NCBI GenBank assembly: GCA_973895155.1
Contig: OZ316898.1
Coordinates: 13,980,330 to 14,044,329 of the forward strand
DNA from: Marsupella aquatica
Lineage: Eukaryota; Plantae; Marchantiophyta
Direction: 5' to 3'
DNA length: 64,000 nucleotides
Part shown: piece after piece, positions 11,801-27,010 of the stretch
Numbering within the stretch: the stretch's first letter is position 1
Layout: every line of letters begins with the position of its first letter
Position numbers and translations under genes: made by a program
Notes under the pieces: model-generated
The model's database searches: none
What the model saw: the letters and a program-made list of their open reading frames with translations, nothing else
Told to the model about the DNA's origin: nothing

Positions 11801-12401
11801 GTTTTGCTCAAAATCACACTAACGTCGAGAATTGGAACTTTAAATACATATATAGCCAAAAACATTACAGACATACTCTGCGGTTCATAATGCCAACAAT
11901 CCGCAGGACATTCCTGCAAGTGTCTAGAGAATGGACAAGTAAAAAAAAAAAAACAGCACTTCTTGCCAATTACAAAGTTCTCGCTCGAACTTCTTGCCAC
12001 ATTGCAAAGTTCCGTCTCGAATGGCTCTTCAGTTAGGAAGAAAAGCTGCGCACAGAAAGTTGTCATTATTCAACACCAGAAAAACCTGCAGAAGCAGATA
12101 TTCCTCGGAGCAACATATAAATAATCCTTGCAGCAACATCTTTCAGCATCACACAGTCTCAAATTAAGCATGAAACCGACTCCGGCACAACTACACACGA
12201 AAAATTACGGTCGGGCGAATTGAACGCACGCTGGAAGTCGAACATGTGACCGATAATGGGCCATCCCATGGCGCCAGGGGGAAGAGGAGCTCGACCGGGC
12301 CGCAACTTCGGTTCGTAGTACCAACTGTTGAAATTCCTGACGGTAACCAGCACGAGAATGACCGTCATGCCCAGCGCGGTCCACACTGGTGTTGCATCCA
12401 T
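8860..12401 (-). pseudogene. Cytochrome P450 pseudogene, CYP85 clan (CYP88/KAO-like or CYP729-like)
   Basis: Exon 1 from ATG 12401 (NSWYYEPKL...LPPGAMGWPIIGHM). Further exons: 11459-11131 (GLYKTHLFG...GWP), 11023-10874 (150 nt, INFPGTAYH), 10739-10496, 9865-9795, 9649-9560, 9398-~9310 (PKGWSVLPWLRTVHLDP), and a degenerate last exon at ~9028-8860. Several exons are frameshifted, the I-helix reads CG--SS, the ExxR motif is interrupted, and no FxxGxRxC heme motif was found. Confidence 0.85.
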
Positions 12402-15400
12402 CGCGAGCAAAATTGCACCAACAATAAATACCTTTATTCCTCGTCAACAACCAGACCTTCATTAAAAATTTTGCTACGTCGTGTCCCTGTTAATTAAACT
12501 AAGCGCACATATTTTTCTCACAGGAATTGGTGCCACATTGCGTGAACGACTCGGAACTAAGACATCTGGAATAAGAACGATGAATTCAGCAAACAAACGC
12601 AGAAGAATGATCATGGTGACAAACAACAATCTTTTTACGAGAATCCACAAGGGCTGTAACGAGCTGATCGAGAGAGTCCAAGCAGTAACTATCCTGACTT
12701 GCAGGATTGCTCATTCATTCTTCGCAAGGTGCTCGTAGACCTGAAGTAATCAACTGAGTGAGAGAATCTTGCCTTGACTGATGAGACAGGCATCTCTCCT
12801 CTCGAGCGAGAAAGTCTCCGGAATGAATAGTGTGTCCTGCCTCATCGCCCATGATCCAAGAGCACAGAGAATCGATAGAAATTGTACAGTGGGTCAGTCA
12901 TATTTTTCGAGTGGGACAAAATTGCACGCCAGATACAACTGGATCCAATGCTAAAACAAAACGCCCAGTGACGAGATTCTCCCCGTTGTCTGGATACCAT
13001 GAATTGCAGAAACGGTTTGCACTACTGTCATGAACTCTATACTCTTGCGAGACAAAAATGTTCACCAGCCCTTACATGAGTCTCTAAGATGAATTTTGAG
13101 CAAATCCCCCAACCCCATCCCAGTCTGTTGTCCAAAAACAAATGACCCTCAACCACGCACTCGATCAATAGCTCGATCATGTGCGGCAGTAAAAAGCTTA
13201 AAACATTTGTATGCAGCTGCATTCACAGTTGGTCATCTTGAGCTTAGTTTCTTAGCTTTCTGCTTCATAAAAAACAACAGTCTGTAGCCATAAGCAAAGT
13301 GAAGTAGTAGTTATTATGTACTATCTCATCGTAACAACTTTTGTTGAGTTGACCGGGGAGTTTGACAAGTGCCGCAGGACTTTCTCGCATTTCTATAGAA
13401 GTAACCCAAATTTCTACACAGATTTAGTTCCCATTTCTTATCAATGCAGGGCAAAGGACGTAGTGAATTACAGTAACTATTGAATCCGAGCAATACCCAT
13501 TGCGACGCTTTTGCTAAGTACTAAGCCCTTGCAACCTGATAATACTTTTGATCTACCTGGCATTGAATGATGAGCTATATTGAAAGCAAGGGAACCAGCT
13601 TGAATTGGCACCAATGCTGTAATTTGTGAGGCCTGATGAGTTATAATATGCTGATCATTCGTTTTGTGTTGTCGTTTGTCTTTACGAACATGGAGATTTA
13701 AGGAGGGGAAGGTGAAGACAGTTCACAACATGGTGGAGGTGCGTAATAGTCAGTGAGGATGTTCGAAAACATGAAGATTGAGCTCGGGAACACAATGGTG
13801 ATACAATATCATATGTCTAGCGCCACGACTGCCTTACTGTTGGCCTTTAGATTGTAGCTAGTGCATTCGCAGCTTAAACCCATTCGCTTCATTCAAACTG
13901 CTGGAGATATCACAGAGAAGTGTATCGCTGTGGATTCTCAATTGAGGAATTGAATCAATCCTGCCAAGATTCCGTTGGGACCAAATCTCCTCTGTCTCTT
14001 ATGCAAATTATTCGTCATGTAGGACACGTAGAAATGCCATCCAAAATACCTCCAAATGAAGAATGACGGTCTCCGACTACATCTACAGAATTCTATCCTG
14101 CTCGATAATATAGTACGTTAGCAAGCATGCAATAATTCCATGGTGCTCATCTTGAAAGCCTTGGACCAAGCATCAAAACTAAAGAACGCCACCTGCCTTT
14201 TGTCGAATAGAATGTTGACCAAACATGAGGCGTGCTAGGACAGCATTGGCAGGTGCGTTGAGATTTGCCCCTAGATCAGAGCTGTCAATTTCGCGACGAT
14301 ATACCTCTGGATCGACTCCGACGCAGCTTCTTCTCGAATATCCCGCACTGAATCAACCTCTCAAAACTCAACGTCCATAGAATGTCAGTCCACAATTATT
14401 GGTATCCATATCATGCGGGAGCACTCCATTTGGAGTACATCCATCCCTGCGTGTTCGATCCCATGTGATTGGGTCTTTGGACACCCTAAGCAGTTCCGGC
14501 GTCAAACTGAAAGACTTTGGGATGCGTACAGAAGTGCAGTCCAATAGTCTGACCAGCTAGTGGTGGTCCCACGCGAAGAAATTAAGGGCAAGCTCGACCG
14601 CGAGATCAACGTAGACCACAGTCTTACCGGGTCATAGAATCCTTTGACAATCATAGTCAATGATTTTTTATTTTTCCCCTTTTTGCCTGATTGATCTTGA
14701 TCGGTGGAGATTCCCAGGCCAGTTAAGGTTGCCGCCTCGCCGGCGGGTACTCTACACAGTTTGTGGCGACATGAGCTCACCGGTCTCTCTACTGGGCCTT
14801 CCATGCTGTTCGATCTGGTTGTTGCGCTGCTGTCAGATCTGCATCGCTTGTGCTTTTGACTGGATGCAATTTGACAGTGTAGTTCATAGTTAACACTTAC
14901 CTTTCTAGGGAAGAATCAACACACTTTATCGGACCAACTTATTCCCTTCTCTAAACGGTCACCAAACTTACTGGGTCAAAAGGTCTTTGCCCCACAACTG
15001 CCCAGCGGAGAGCTACAACGGAGTCAGATTCAGAGTAGTTTCGGGAATTCAACCGACACAACCCAGCCAAACAAGAACTGGCCCCACTCTTGGCTCCAAG
15101 CTACACTTTCATGGTACTCTACGGTAGTACTGTAACAGAGCATGAAGCAACGCTTATTGATCCAGTTTGCATAAAAAGTGTCTCCAAACTACTTCGTACA
15201 CTCCAATTGTCATATCGGAGAACATTTTAGTCAGCTTGTTGGAATGTGCTTATATGATTGGCAGTAGCATATTGCCCCAGGCCAGAAAATGCCAACCACA
15301 GAAAGCTTATGACATGAATGATTGGGTCCCATGAAATCCTGTCTGGACACACGAACCAGGTCGTCAGAATGCCGCATTGCAGCCGCTGCAATCTCGTAGT

Positions 15401-16685
15401 ACCATGCCTAGCCTCTCCTGTAAAAACTAAACAGTATCTCCTGATACACTACACACCACAAACCGGGCCACAAACAAGCATAAGAACTTCATACTTAGTT
15501 CCCAATTTCCCAGTACTTGATCGAGGACTTGATTGGAAGAACTGCACCTAAGATCTCTCATGCATCCTACAAGCACCTACATAAAGTAGACCGCTCAACA
15601 ACAGATAAGCACATTTGTACCAGTTCGGAAGAATATGCCTGCAGGCTTGACCGTTTATTAGTTTACAACTTCCGCGGTGCAGATCGATGCATCAAAGTGG
15701 GAACAGCTAAAGCTTCATATACTCCCAGCGATACAGGTATGACAAATGTCGATGTTTGGTCCAGTACAGCTCAGTGGAGTAAATTTGGTCACTAAGGTAG
15801 AGCTCACGGGTAATTCAGGAACACACTTATCATTTCCACTCTTGACACAATAATTATATGTAACTAAATGATGGCTGAAAATGTACTTTGACAGTATTCG
15901 TGGGTGACTGACGATCACTTGAATGGAAATACAACAAATTGTGCTGCCCAAACAAGGTGATTGCAGCAATTCGCGAATCAGAAAGGTTGCTTCAATCTGA
16001 CTGGTAACACGATAATATATAGTAGTTTATGAAACATGATGAGGTAGGCTTGCTTTGCTGGTTTACTGTTTAAGTGGATCTGACTCGGATTAATTGAAGA
16101 GACGTGCAGAATTGTAAATCATGACGTGGTCTTTCAATCTACTCATTGTTCGATTGGGCTTGCTGGTTGGGTAGAATATGGCGGTGTGATGTGACGGAGG
16201 AAGCTGAGCTGGAGGATCATGATAGAAATGGGGCAGTTTATGCTCCAATCCAAATTCCATAATACCTTAATTAAGTGAGTAATAATTAATATTTACTGAT
16301 TTAATATTGAAAAGTACGATCATGATAAGTTATGGATTCGTATGGCCAGTGGGGTTCCGTCCCTTGGGCTATCCACCCATCATCATATCAATGTATACTC
16401 TGTCACTGTCAGTGATCAACTTCATCTCCTGGCAAATAACATGGGTTGGTTTATGCTTTAATTAATGAAGTCCCACCTTGAGTAAGTAAAGCCACAAATC
16501 GTAGACATTTCGATCATAATGACTAGTTGCCGGTTCACCATCATAGTTCAATCCAAACATGCCCTTCAACAAGGAAATACAATTGCTTAGGCTATTGGCT
16601 TCTCACTTGCTAAGTCAATTTTGACCAAAACAAATAGAGCATCACATGATCAGCAAAGATGTGATGTGACAAGTTATAGCTTGAT

Positions 16686-17030
16686 GAGCCCCATGCCCGG
16701 TGCATTGCACATAAATGTCAAGATGAGATAAAGATGTCAATGTGAGAAAATGATCATGACATGAGAAAAATATGTCAAGGAAAGAAAACTATGTGGAGGA
16801 GAAAAAAGATGTCGAGATGAGGAAAAGACATCTACATGAGAAAATGAAGGTGACATAAGGAAAATATGTCAAGGAGAGAAAAAATGTGGAGGAGAAAAAA
16901 GATGTGGAGAAGAGGAAAAGACGTCGAGATGAGAACAAAATCATGTCAAGGTGATGAAAAGATGTTGGAGAGAAAAAGATATCAAAATGAGAAAATATGT
17001 CAATGAGGGACAAGAAAAACAAAGCTTCAT
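16686..17030 (-). mobile_element. Degenerate non-autonomous Helitron-like element with ~19-20-bp minisatellite
   Basis: Begins GCCCCATGCCCGGTGCATTGCAC (reverse strand: GTGCAATGCAC hairpin, CTAG mutated). An array of GAGAAAAAGATGTCAAGGT-like units follows. Same family as 18868-19330. Confidence 0.6.
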
Positions 17031-18416
17031 GAGGTAGTAGTTGTTGAGGCATGTTATGTATCATCCCTGCCATAGTCTCGTAGTGGTTGTGTTCAGCACC
17101 AGTGCATCACACATAATATGTCATTGTATAAAAGATGTTGTGAAAATATGGAGCTGCATAAAAAATGTCATCACCTAAAAGATGGTGTGGCCCAAGGGAG
17201 GAAGGACTAATATCTATTTTAGCAAAACTTTAGAGGGTCCAGCTGCACAAAAATATGGGAATATATGGTTTGGGATGGGATTTCATTTCTAGCTATAAAC
17301 TTTAATCATGAAAAACTTTAAATAAAAAATTATTGTTTTTATAAAAGATGTCCCCTCACAAAAACAAAACAAAATGATGAAAATGTATACTAAAAAAATT
17401 GCACTTCAGTCTTGACGTACACTGGTCAATAAATGATACCACAAACAGTGACTAATTAATTAGTTTTGAACGAAAGGGAAAAGACACACACAAAAGACAA
17501 AGGAGAAGACAAAGTATAAAAAAGAAATGAAAGGGATTAAAAGAAAAAAACGACAAAATGTGAAAAGGTACTATACAAAACAAATATAAAAGGGGATAGT
17601 ATCCAGAGGGCCAGTATGTATTTTTCTCAATCCAGGGTCACAAGAAAACATCCTTTAAATCTAATGGTTGGGAATGATTCCCGCCAATTCTATTTTCATC
17701 AGCAGACGATGCCTTCAAAAAAAGAGGGGATTGTTTATTATAGTGTGTAGATAGGTAGATGAGGGCATGGCTATATTAGTGGCTGAGCTAACTTGCCAAC
17801 CCCAGGATCGAGCCCGTGCCCTATGTTCCTCAGCTAAAAATAATGGGTGCCGTTTTGGTAGTCTGGGCGTCTAAGGTTAGGAGGAAGGTCGGAAGGAGCC
17901 TAGTGTCAAAGACAAAAGTTCCACTGATATCATCCACTGTAGATCACATAGGGGAAGAGTTGGGAGCCGGTTGAGGGCTGGGGGCAATATATTGTTATCA
18001 ATTTGTTATTTTTTTGTGCTGTGAATAATACATGCATTAGTTCCAAACCCGGAGCACATCAGGCCAGCCTGGCTCGAGTAATATTTTTCATTGAAAGTAA
18101 GGTGAGTGGAAAGTAGTTAAAGTTGCAGACTAATTTGACAGCAGTTTCTCTCCAGTGAGGGAACGACCTGGCAACAAGTGGATCCAGGAAGTTGAAGCAA
18201 ATTGAATGTTGTGAGGAAATGATCTCATCCAAAACCTTAACTAAGTCAATTCACTCAAAGGAGCTCTTACACAGTTTCCAAGCTGCAGACAAACACTAGA
18301 TACTTTTACTAAGAAAGAAGTTGGAAAGAGAAGGTCTATTAGTTTGATAAGTTTGGTGTTTAGCAGCATTGTTTCACAATGTGCCAAATTTTGAAGAAAT
18401 AGTGCTGTCGACCAAC

Positions 18417-18485
18417 TGGCTTTGGTCAGTTGGCCCCCCGATGAGCCTAGAACCAAGAGGTCCCAGATTCAATCTTCCTTCCACA
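18417..18485 (+). repeat. Possible degenerate tRNA-derived SINE head
   Basis: A-box-like TGGTCAGTTGG and B-box-like GATTCAATC at tRNA-like spacing; no complete cloverleaf. Confidence 0.3.
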
Positions 18486-18867
18486 CGCAAGGGATGTGGA
18501 GTGTATTGATTATCCCCTCAGCCCTGGCTGGCCGCTTTGGGATTCTGGTTTATTCCTCTCTCCCTCCTGGTCTGGGTCACTCTTGGATCCCTAGCTATTG
18601 TCCCCTTGTGGCTACCCTACATAGAAATGCATGCTCCAAAGCAGGACATCTATCCTCTATTGTATGGGCCTGCTTTTGGTTTTCAGGGCAAAAAAAGAAA
18701 TAATGATGTCAAGGCCAAACCCCTTTTAATGTTTTTTGGAGTCTATTTCCACCGGTGACATTCAACCCGAGCCCTATAAACTCATTGTTGACATTTTCTT
18801 TGGAATCTGTGAAAAGGCCCCTTTCAGCTACTGTAGCTTTTTTCAATTTATATTATTATATCCTAAA

Positions 18868-19330
18868 CTAGCCCCATGCCTGTGCGTTGCACAAAAGACG
18901 TCAAGGTGACGAAAGATCTTGAAGTGAAAAAAAATGTTGAGGTGAATGAAGATATTAGGCGTGGAAAAGATGTCAAGAAGAGAAAAGGATTTCGTGATGA
19001 GATAAAGATGTAAAGCTGAGAAAAAGATGGTGAGATGAGATAAAAGAAGTCAAGGTGAGAAAAAGATGTTGTGATGAGATAAATATGTCAAGGTGAGAAA
19101 AAGATGTCAAGGTGAAAAAAATGGCGAGATGAGAAAAAGATAAAATGTTAAAGTGAGAAAAAATGTAGTAGAGACAAAATGATGTTGAGGAGTGCAAAAG
19201 AAATGGAGGGGAGAAAAGATGTTGAGCTGATTAAAAGATGTCAAGGCAGAAAACTATGTTGAGGTTAGGAATAGATGTTAATGGAGGAGAAAATATGTCC
19301 ATGGAGAAGAAAAGATATTGTTGCAAAAAT
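18868..19330 (-). mobile_element. Non-autonomous Helitron-like element (3' end at 18868) with ~19-20-bp minisatellite
   Basis: Reverse strand reads TGTGC-AAC-GCACA hairpin, GGCATGGGG, CTAG, then T: a canonical Helitron 3' end. Degenerate GAGAAAAAGATGTCAAGGT array at 18895-19330. The 5' TC end was not located. Confidence 0.7.
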
Positions 19331-20307
19331 GATAAGGGAGACAAGTGAAGACACATAAACATGCAGAGTTACACAACCCTAGGTGGAGGGTGACAACCCC
19401 TCTCCTCCTCATTGCCTCCTCTCCCCTCTTTCTCTTGGGCTGCCTCTCCCTTCTCAGCCTTCCCCTCCTCGCCCCCCCTCCCTAAAAAAAACCCCAATGA
19501 AAGGCAAGGGTGTCCCTTTTCTTTTCCTTTTTTCCTCTTATTGTCTTATTATTATTATCTTTATTTTCACCTTCTTTTGCTCCACTTTGTCTCATCCCCT
19601 ATCTTGTACTTATGTGAGTGTATGATACTATTCATCTCTTCAGCCATGGGTGTATCATTAATTCCCCTCCCTACTTTGACCCTTTATGTCTCCTAGTCCC
19701 TATCCCCTCATAATAGTGTCCCAAGTGCCCCAATTCCAATGGCAACACATGGCATTCACATAGAGCTCATGCCATATGCCCCCTTCTTAGAGAATCTTTG
19801 TGTATATTAAAATACTTTGTCTTGCTTGGGTCAAAGATATTGTTTTGACAAATGAAAGGCTAGGATAAAATGGCTTATAGATCCAAGGGACATGGAATCT
19901 TCACTCCAAAAGTGATTTTGTAAACTGAAGACATCCACTTTTGGCAGGATAGTGTATTATAGTTGTAAGATAGTAAGATGTCAGAGCCACTCTGGGGGCC
20001 ACTCATTCATGGTCCTACTATAGTCATTTTTTGCATAAATTACAACTGCCCTGGCAGTCTGCCCTTTTGGAGAGTAAAAATTTACCAATAAAAATAATTG
20101 CTAGAGAGACTTATTAATGAGGGCCAGGGTGGCTCCATCCACATTTCTTAGCTCTAATCCATGCCATGGAGCACCTTTCCTTATTCTGCATTGGTGAGGG
20201 TGAAGCCAGTCTCATGCCATGCAACCCACACCTCTCTAGACCACACCTGGACCTCAGTGGTGACACCTCTACCCATGAGCCGTCTTACTGATGAGACATT
20301 ATGAATA

Positions 20308-20977
20308 CTAGCCCGATTACCCGTTCCTTGAACGTAAACAGATATGAAGAAAAGAAATCTTGCACAATAATATTTCTATGCTATTTCGTTAATCCTCATT
20401 TTAAGTGTTTTTTAATTGAGATTCATGATCACTTTTGTCTGTACTGGGGTTTACGGTCTAGAGGCTTCACTCTAGACCCTAGGCCCTTAAGAGTAGACTT
20501 GGTTCGCGCTTTTATAGTAAGATACGGTCTCAAAGCGAAGCTGGTCTCAAAGCAAACTAAGTTACGCCTTAGCAAAATGTAAGTTCCAATCATAAGTGCT
20601 CAAAGGACCTGAAAGTAAGATCAAAGTTAACCCCTACCACACCCTTTACAATTATACATGGGTTGCCATAAGGCCGCCCTACCAGACTAATAATTTGCAA
20701 AGAGAAACTACTTTTAAGGCGTATGGTCTAAAGTGATAACTCTTAATAAAACAAAAGTGACAATGATTGTTAATAAGGAGAACACCCATGAGGGTCGACA
20801 AAAACATAGGGACAGGAGCAAAGATCAACAAAAGTGAGATTGACTTTAATAAAGACAAAAATGAAATAAGGGTGGACCAATAAACAAGGATGGGACAAAG
20901 ATGAAAGAGTATAGAATTTTTTTATGTAAACATCTTATTGTTTTTTGGTCTTCAAAGAAAGTAAATAATCGGGCTAC
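20308..20977. mobile_element. ~670-bp element with outward-facing Helitron-3'-like ends on both sides
   Basis: Left end (reverse strand) CGTTC-AAG-GAACG-GGTAATCGGG-CTAG|T. Right end TTCAAAGAAAGTAAATAATCGGGCTAC. The left arm matches 35626-35812 (inverted); the right arm resembles 36410-36599. Confidence 0.6.
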
Positions 20978-21195
20978 CATAGTACGGGGATCTTATGCCC
21001 TTCATCCTAGACTTCATCGCCATGCTCAAATAATAATAATGGCCAAATCAGCCCAAAGCCCCAGACCGTTAATCATTTGGCGAACGAATGCCACTTTGCC
21101 ATCGTGACTGTGCTCGAGAATTTTTTCACTCTCCTTTCAAAACCTTCGTGTTACCTTCTCCCAAATCGTCTAGTGCATGATTTGGCAGAAGTTAA

Positions 21196-21230
21196 GTTTC
21201 CTTTCCTTTCCTTTCCTTTCCTTTCCTTTC
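21196..21230. repeat. (TTTCC)n microsatellite
   Basis: Visible directly in the sequence. Confidence 0.9.
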
Positions 21231-21651
21231 TGAAGCGTCGTGATACTGTTGAACGCAAGCTCTTGGTGCTTTTGTGATAATTCCTCCACAGCCCCACCCT
21301 GTATGAAGCCTACCCAGCCAAGAAGGGGAGGGAAGGAGCGCGGAGGGAGGGGAGCCGGGGAGGTGAGAAGATTGACGTGCGTAGAATGAGAATATGCAAA
21401 GTACCACGGCAATGGCGGGCGGGACCTTAGCAACGACGTGCGTTGCGGTTGTTCTTGTTCTTCTTCTTGTTCTTGCTCTTGTTCTTCGGGACTGATGATG
21501 AAGGCCAAGTGAAAAGCAAAAGCCACTGTAGCTTTGCTCTGCTTTGATTTGGTTTTGATTTGCTGCTCAGGCTCGAAAGACGAAGAAAGATTTGTTGGCG
21601 AGGCTGACGACTGAGGTGGAGAAGAAAGTGACACGGAGAGCGGAGCGCGCG

Positions 21652-21736
21652 CGAGGGAGGGAGGGAGGGAGGGAGGGAGGAAAGTGCTCGCAGGAGGGCA
21701 GCAGGAGGAGGGAGGGTATGGCAGGGCGGGGCGGGC
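21652..21736 (+). repeat. (GGGA)n tract and G-run cluster (G-quadruplex motifs) upstream of the epimerase gene
   Basis: GAGGGAGGGAGGGAGGGAGGGAGGGAGG, followed by GGGAGGGTATGGCAGGGCGGGGCGGG. Confidence 0.8.
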
Positions 21737-22043
21737 TCTGGAATAGTGGTGTTTGGTCCTAGAAAGAAACACGGGAGGTCGCTGGCTGGTTGGCTAGGCT
21801 GGCTGGAGCGAAGAAGAGGGACACAATCATTCTCACAGAGAGGGCGTGCGAGGAGGTTTGTTCCGGAAATTGTGGTCGCTTGAGAGGGTTGGTCCTGAAA
21901 TCGTGGCGTCGAGGTTCAGCCCTGCTGTCGTGGTGGTGGTGGAGAGTTGTGTGCGTGAATGCCACGAGGGAAGGATCGAGTGTTCCACGTTCGTACTGGG
22001 GAACTCGGAAGGAAGGAAGAGAGAAAGAAAGGGAGCGAGGTCG

Positions 22044-22163
22044 ATGGAATTTGCAGAGAGAGTTCTTGACGGAGGAGGCCAGCCGTGGATAGGAAGACGC
22101 AACGGACAAAAGTGGAGCTTCAGAATTGTGGTTGCTGCTGCGGAAGGCGAGATCTGTGGGTAG
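22044..22163 (+). other. Candidate 39-aa upstream ORF in the epimerase 5' region
   Basis: ATG 22044 (context TCG ATG G) to TAG 22163: MEFAERVLDGGGQPWIGRRNGQKWSFRIVVAAAEGEICG. Transcription start unknown. Confidence 0.3.
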
Positions 22164-22699
22164 TAGCAACATTGCAGCAGAATAGTGCGTGCGAAAAAGG
22201 AAGCCAGGGGAGTGCGAGGAAAGGGAAATGGATCTCGGGCAGGGTTGTGGTGGACGAGATCTGAGGAACCAGTGGGGCGGGAAGGTGGTGGTGTTTGTTG
22301 CGGGGTAGTGCAGCAGCTTGGAAGGAGTTCTGGATCTGACACCGAAGCGGCTAGGAGAGAATTTTGAACATAGGGCACAACGCGCGAATGCGTTTGGTTT
22401 GCACAGGTCTTTCTGCGAGAGAGGAAGGACAGGAGGGGACCAATATTGCAAAGAAATGGATGGATACCACGAATAGAATTTGGAGCTAGGAAAGTTGCTG
22501 GGTTATATATCAGCAGGCTACAGCAAGGCTACGGGGAGAAAGGCGATCCATCTTTCCTCTGTAGAAGCAAAGAAAGATCGTGGGAAGGAAGAGTGGGCAA
22601 GCAAGTATCTGTTTTGGCTTTTGTTTTCCTTCTTCTTGACGGAGGAGGTGCTTTCGTGCAAGGGTGAAGGGGAAGAGAGGGAGAGGGGAGGCCGGCAAA

Positions 22700-25741
<3,042 letters not shown>

Positions 25742-26516
25742 GTGAATGTATCTAGTGTATTCTACATTGTCTTTGTCACTCCTACCAAGACCCCATTTGG
25801 TCAAAGAGATAAAGAGGTACTCTCCTATTATCAGGTAGAAACAGAATTAGGGAGCTGATGGCGCCATTATCATAATTCGTTGTCAGTAATTTATGCAGCA
25901 AAGAGAGCAACCATACACGGTAGTGAAGTACACGGCGCCATTTTCTAAATTCTTTACCACAGAATCATAATGGCAAGGATATAAAAAGTCCATGTCACTT
26001 TTCACCATCTCAATGTTAGAATCAATCACAGTCACTGTAGCCATCAGGGAAGTAGTTTACCTCGTTGACTTTAAGTTAAAGAATTCAGTTCTATTCATGA
26101 AATTGGGTATTGCCCAAAATGTATCAATCGTTATAATCAATGTCGCAGTATGAATGACCTAGAACTTTGGCTTTCTTTGTTTTATTTGAACCTGTCACTG
26201 TGACTACGCTGATACTTGTAGGTAAGAAAGCCGGCTGCCAAAAAGCACATGAGACCTGCCTGCGAACCTCGTGTCTAATCGTAGGATTAAGAAATAGGAT
26301 TGGGTAGACAAACCAGCACGGATGCTATTATTATCAAGATATTGCTTGCACTCAGCTCACATACAGTATGCACATGCTACGAGACAAGTATACGTGTGTA
26401 AAGTCCCAAGCACCAGGAACTTGCACCCTTAATGCCTCACGAAGGGCTCTGCTTAAAGCTGACCACCACCCTCACACATAAGACTATTGTCGGCTGCAAA
26501 TGCACACCGATACCGT

Positions 26517-26763
26517 TACCTCAGTGTGCAGGATAGTGCTTGAGAGCGCTGCAAGGGGAAGTGCAGCTGACGAGACACTACCTCAGTGTGCAGGATCGTG
26601 CTTGAGAGCGCTGCGAGGGGAGGTGCAGCTCATGAGACACTACCTCAGTGTGCAGGATCGTGCTTGAGAGCGCTGCGAGGGGAAGTGCAGCTCATGAGAC
26701 ACTACCTCAGTGTGCAGGATCGTGCTTGAGAGCGCTGCAAGTGGAAGTGCAGCTCACGAGACA
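26517..26763. repeat. 62-bp tandem repeat, 4 copies
   Basis: Unit TACCTCAGTGTGCAGGATCGTGCTTGAGAGCGCTGCGAGGGGAAGTGCAGCTCATGAGACAC starts at 26517, 26579, 26641 and 26703, with few substitutions. Confidence 0.95.
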
Positions 26764-26930
26764 ACGCTCCATAACCAATTCTGCACAAAGGAGTTTGCTA
26801 ACGGGAAGGAATCGATTGCACTACCGGAGAGCATGGGAGGGGACAAACCTCAGATGGGATCCACACTTGCACTTATGTTAAGTACTATAGCTCAGTAGGT
26901 TTTTCTTTGCCGGTGTTGTGGACTTTCCTA

Positions 26931-27010
26931 TTTTTTTGGCTCTTTGGTTTTCCTGGTTTTTCCTTGATTTCTCCCCTCTATTAAGTCTATGGCCTTGGGG
27001 ATCCTGTCTC
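26931..27010 (-). repeat. Second copy of the AGACAGGATCCC dispersed repeat
   Basis: Colinear similarity to 1341-1420. Confidence 0.55.

Noticed and set aside
12500-16200. Additional gene or pseudogene among the short ORFs upstream of the P450
   Set aside because: Scattered splice-like signals, but no recognisable domain or consistent exon chain.
21170-22451. Long antisense ORFs (200, 230 and 181 aa) upstream of UGE, and similar ones at 4550-5185 and 31388-32649
   Set aside because: Low-complexity Pro/Ser products that arise from stop-poor, G-skewed leader sequence; mostly non-ATG starts and no domains.
26517-26763. CRISPR-like array
   Set aside because: The 62-bp units are contiguous with no unique spacers, there are no cas genes, and the context is eukaryotic.
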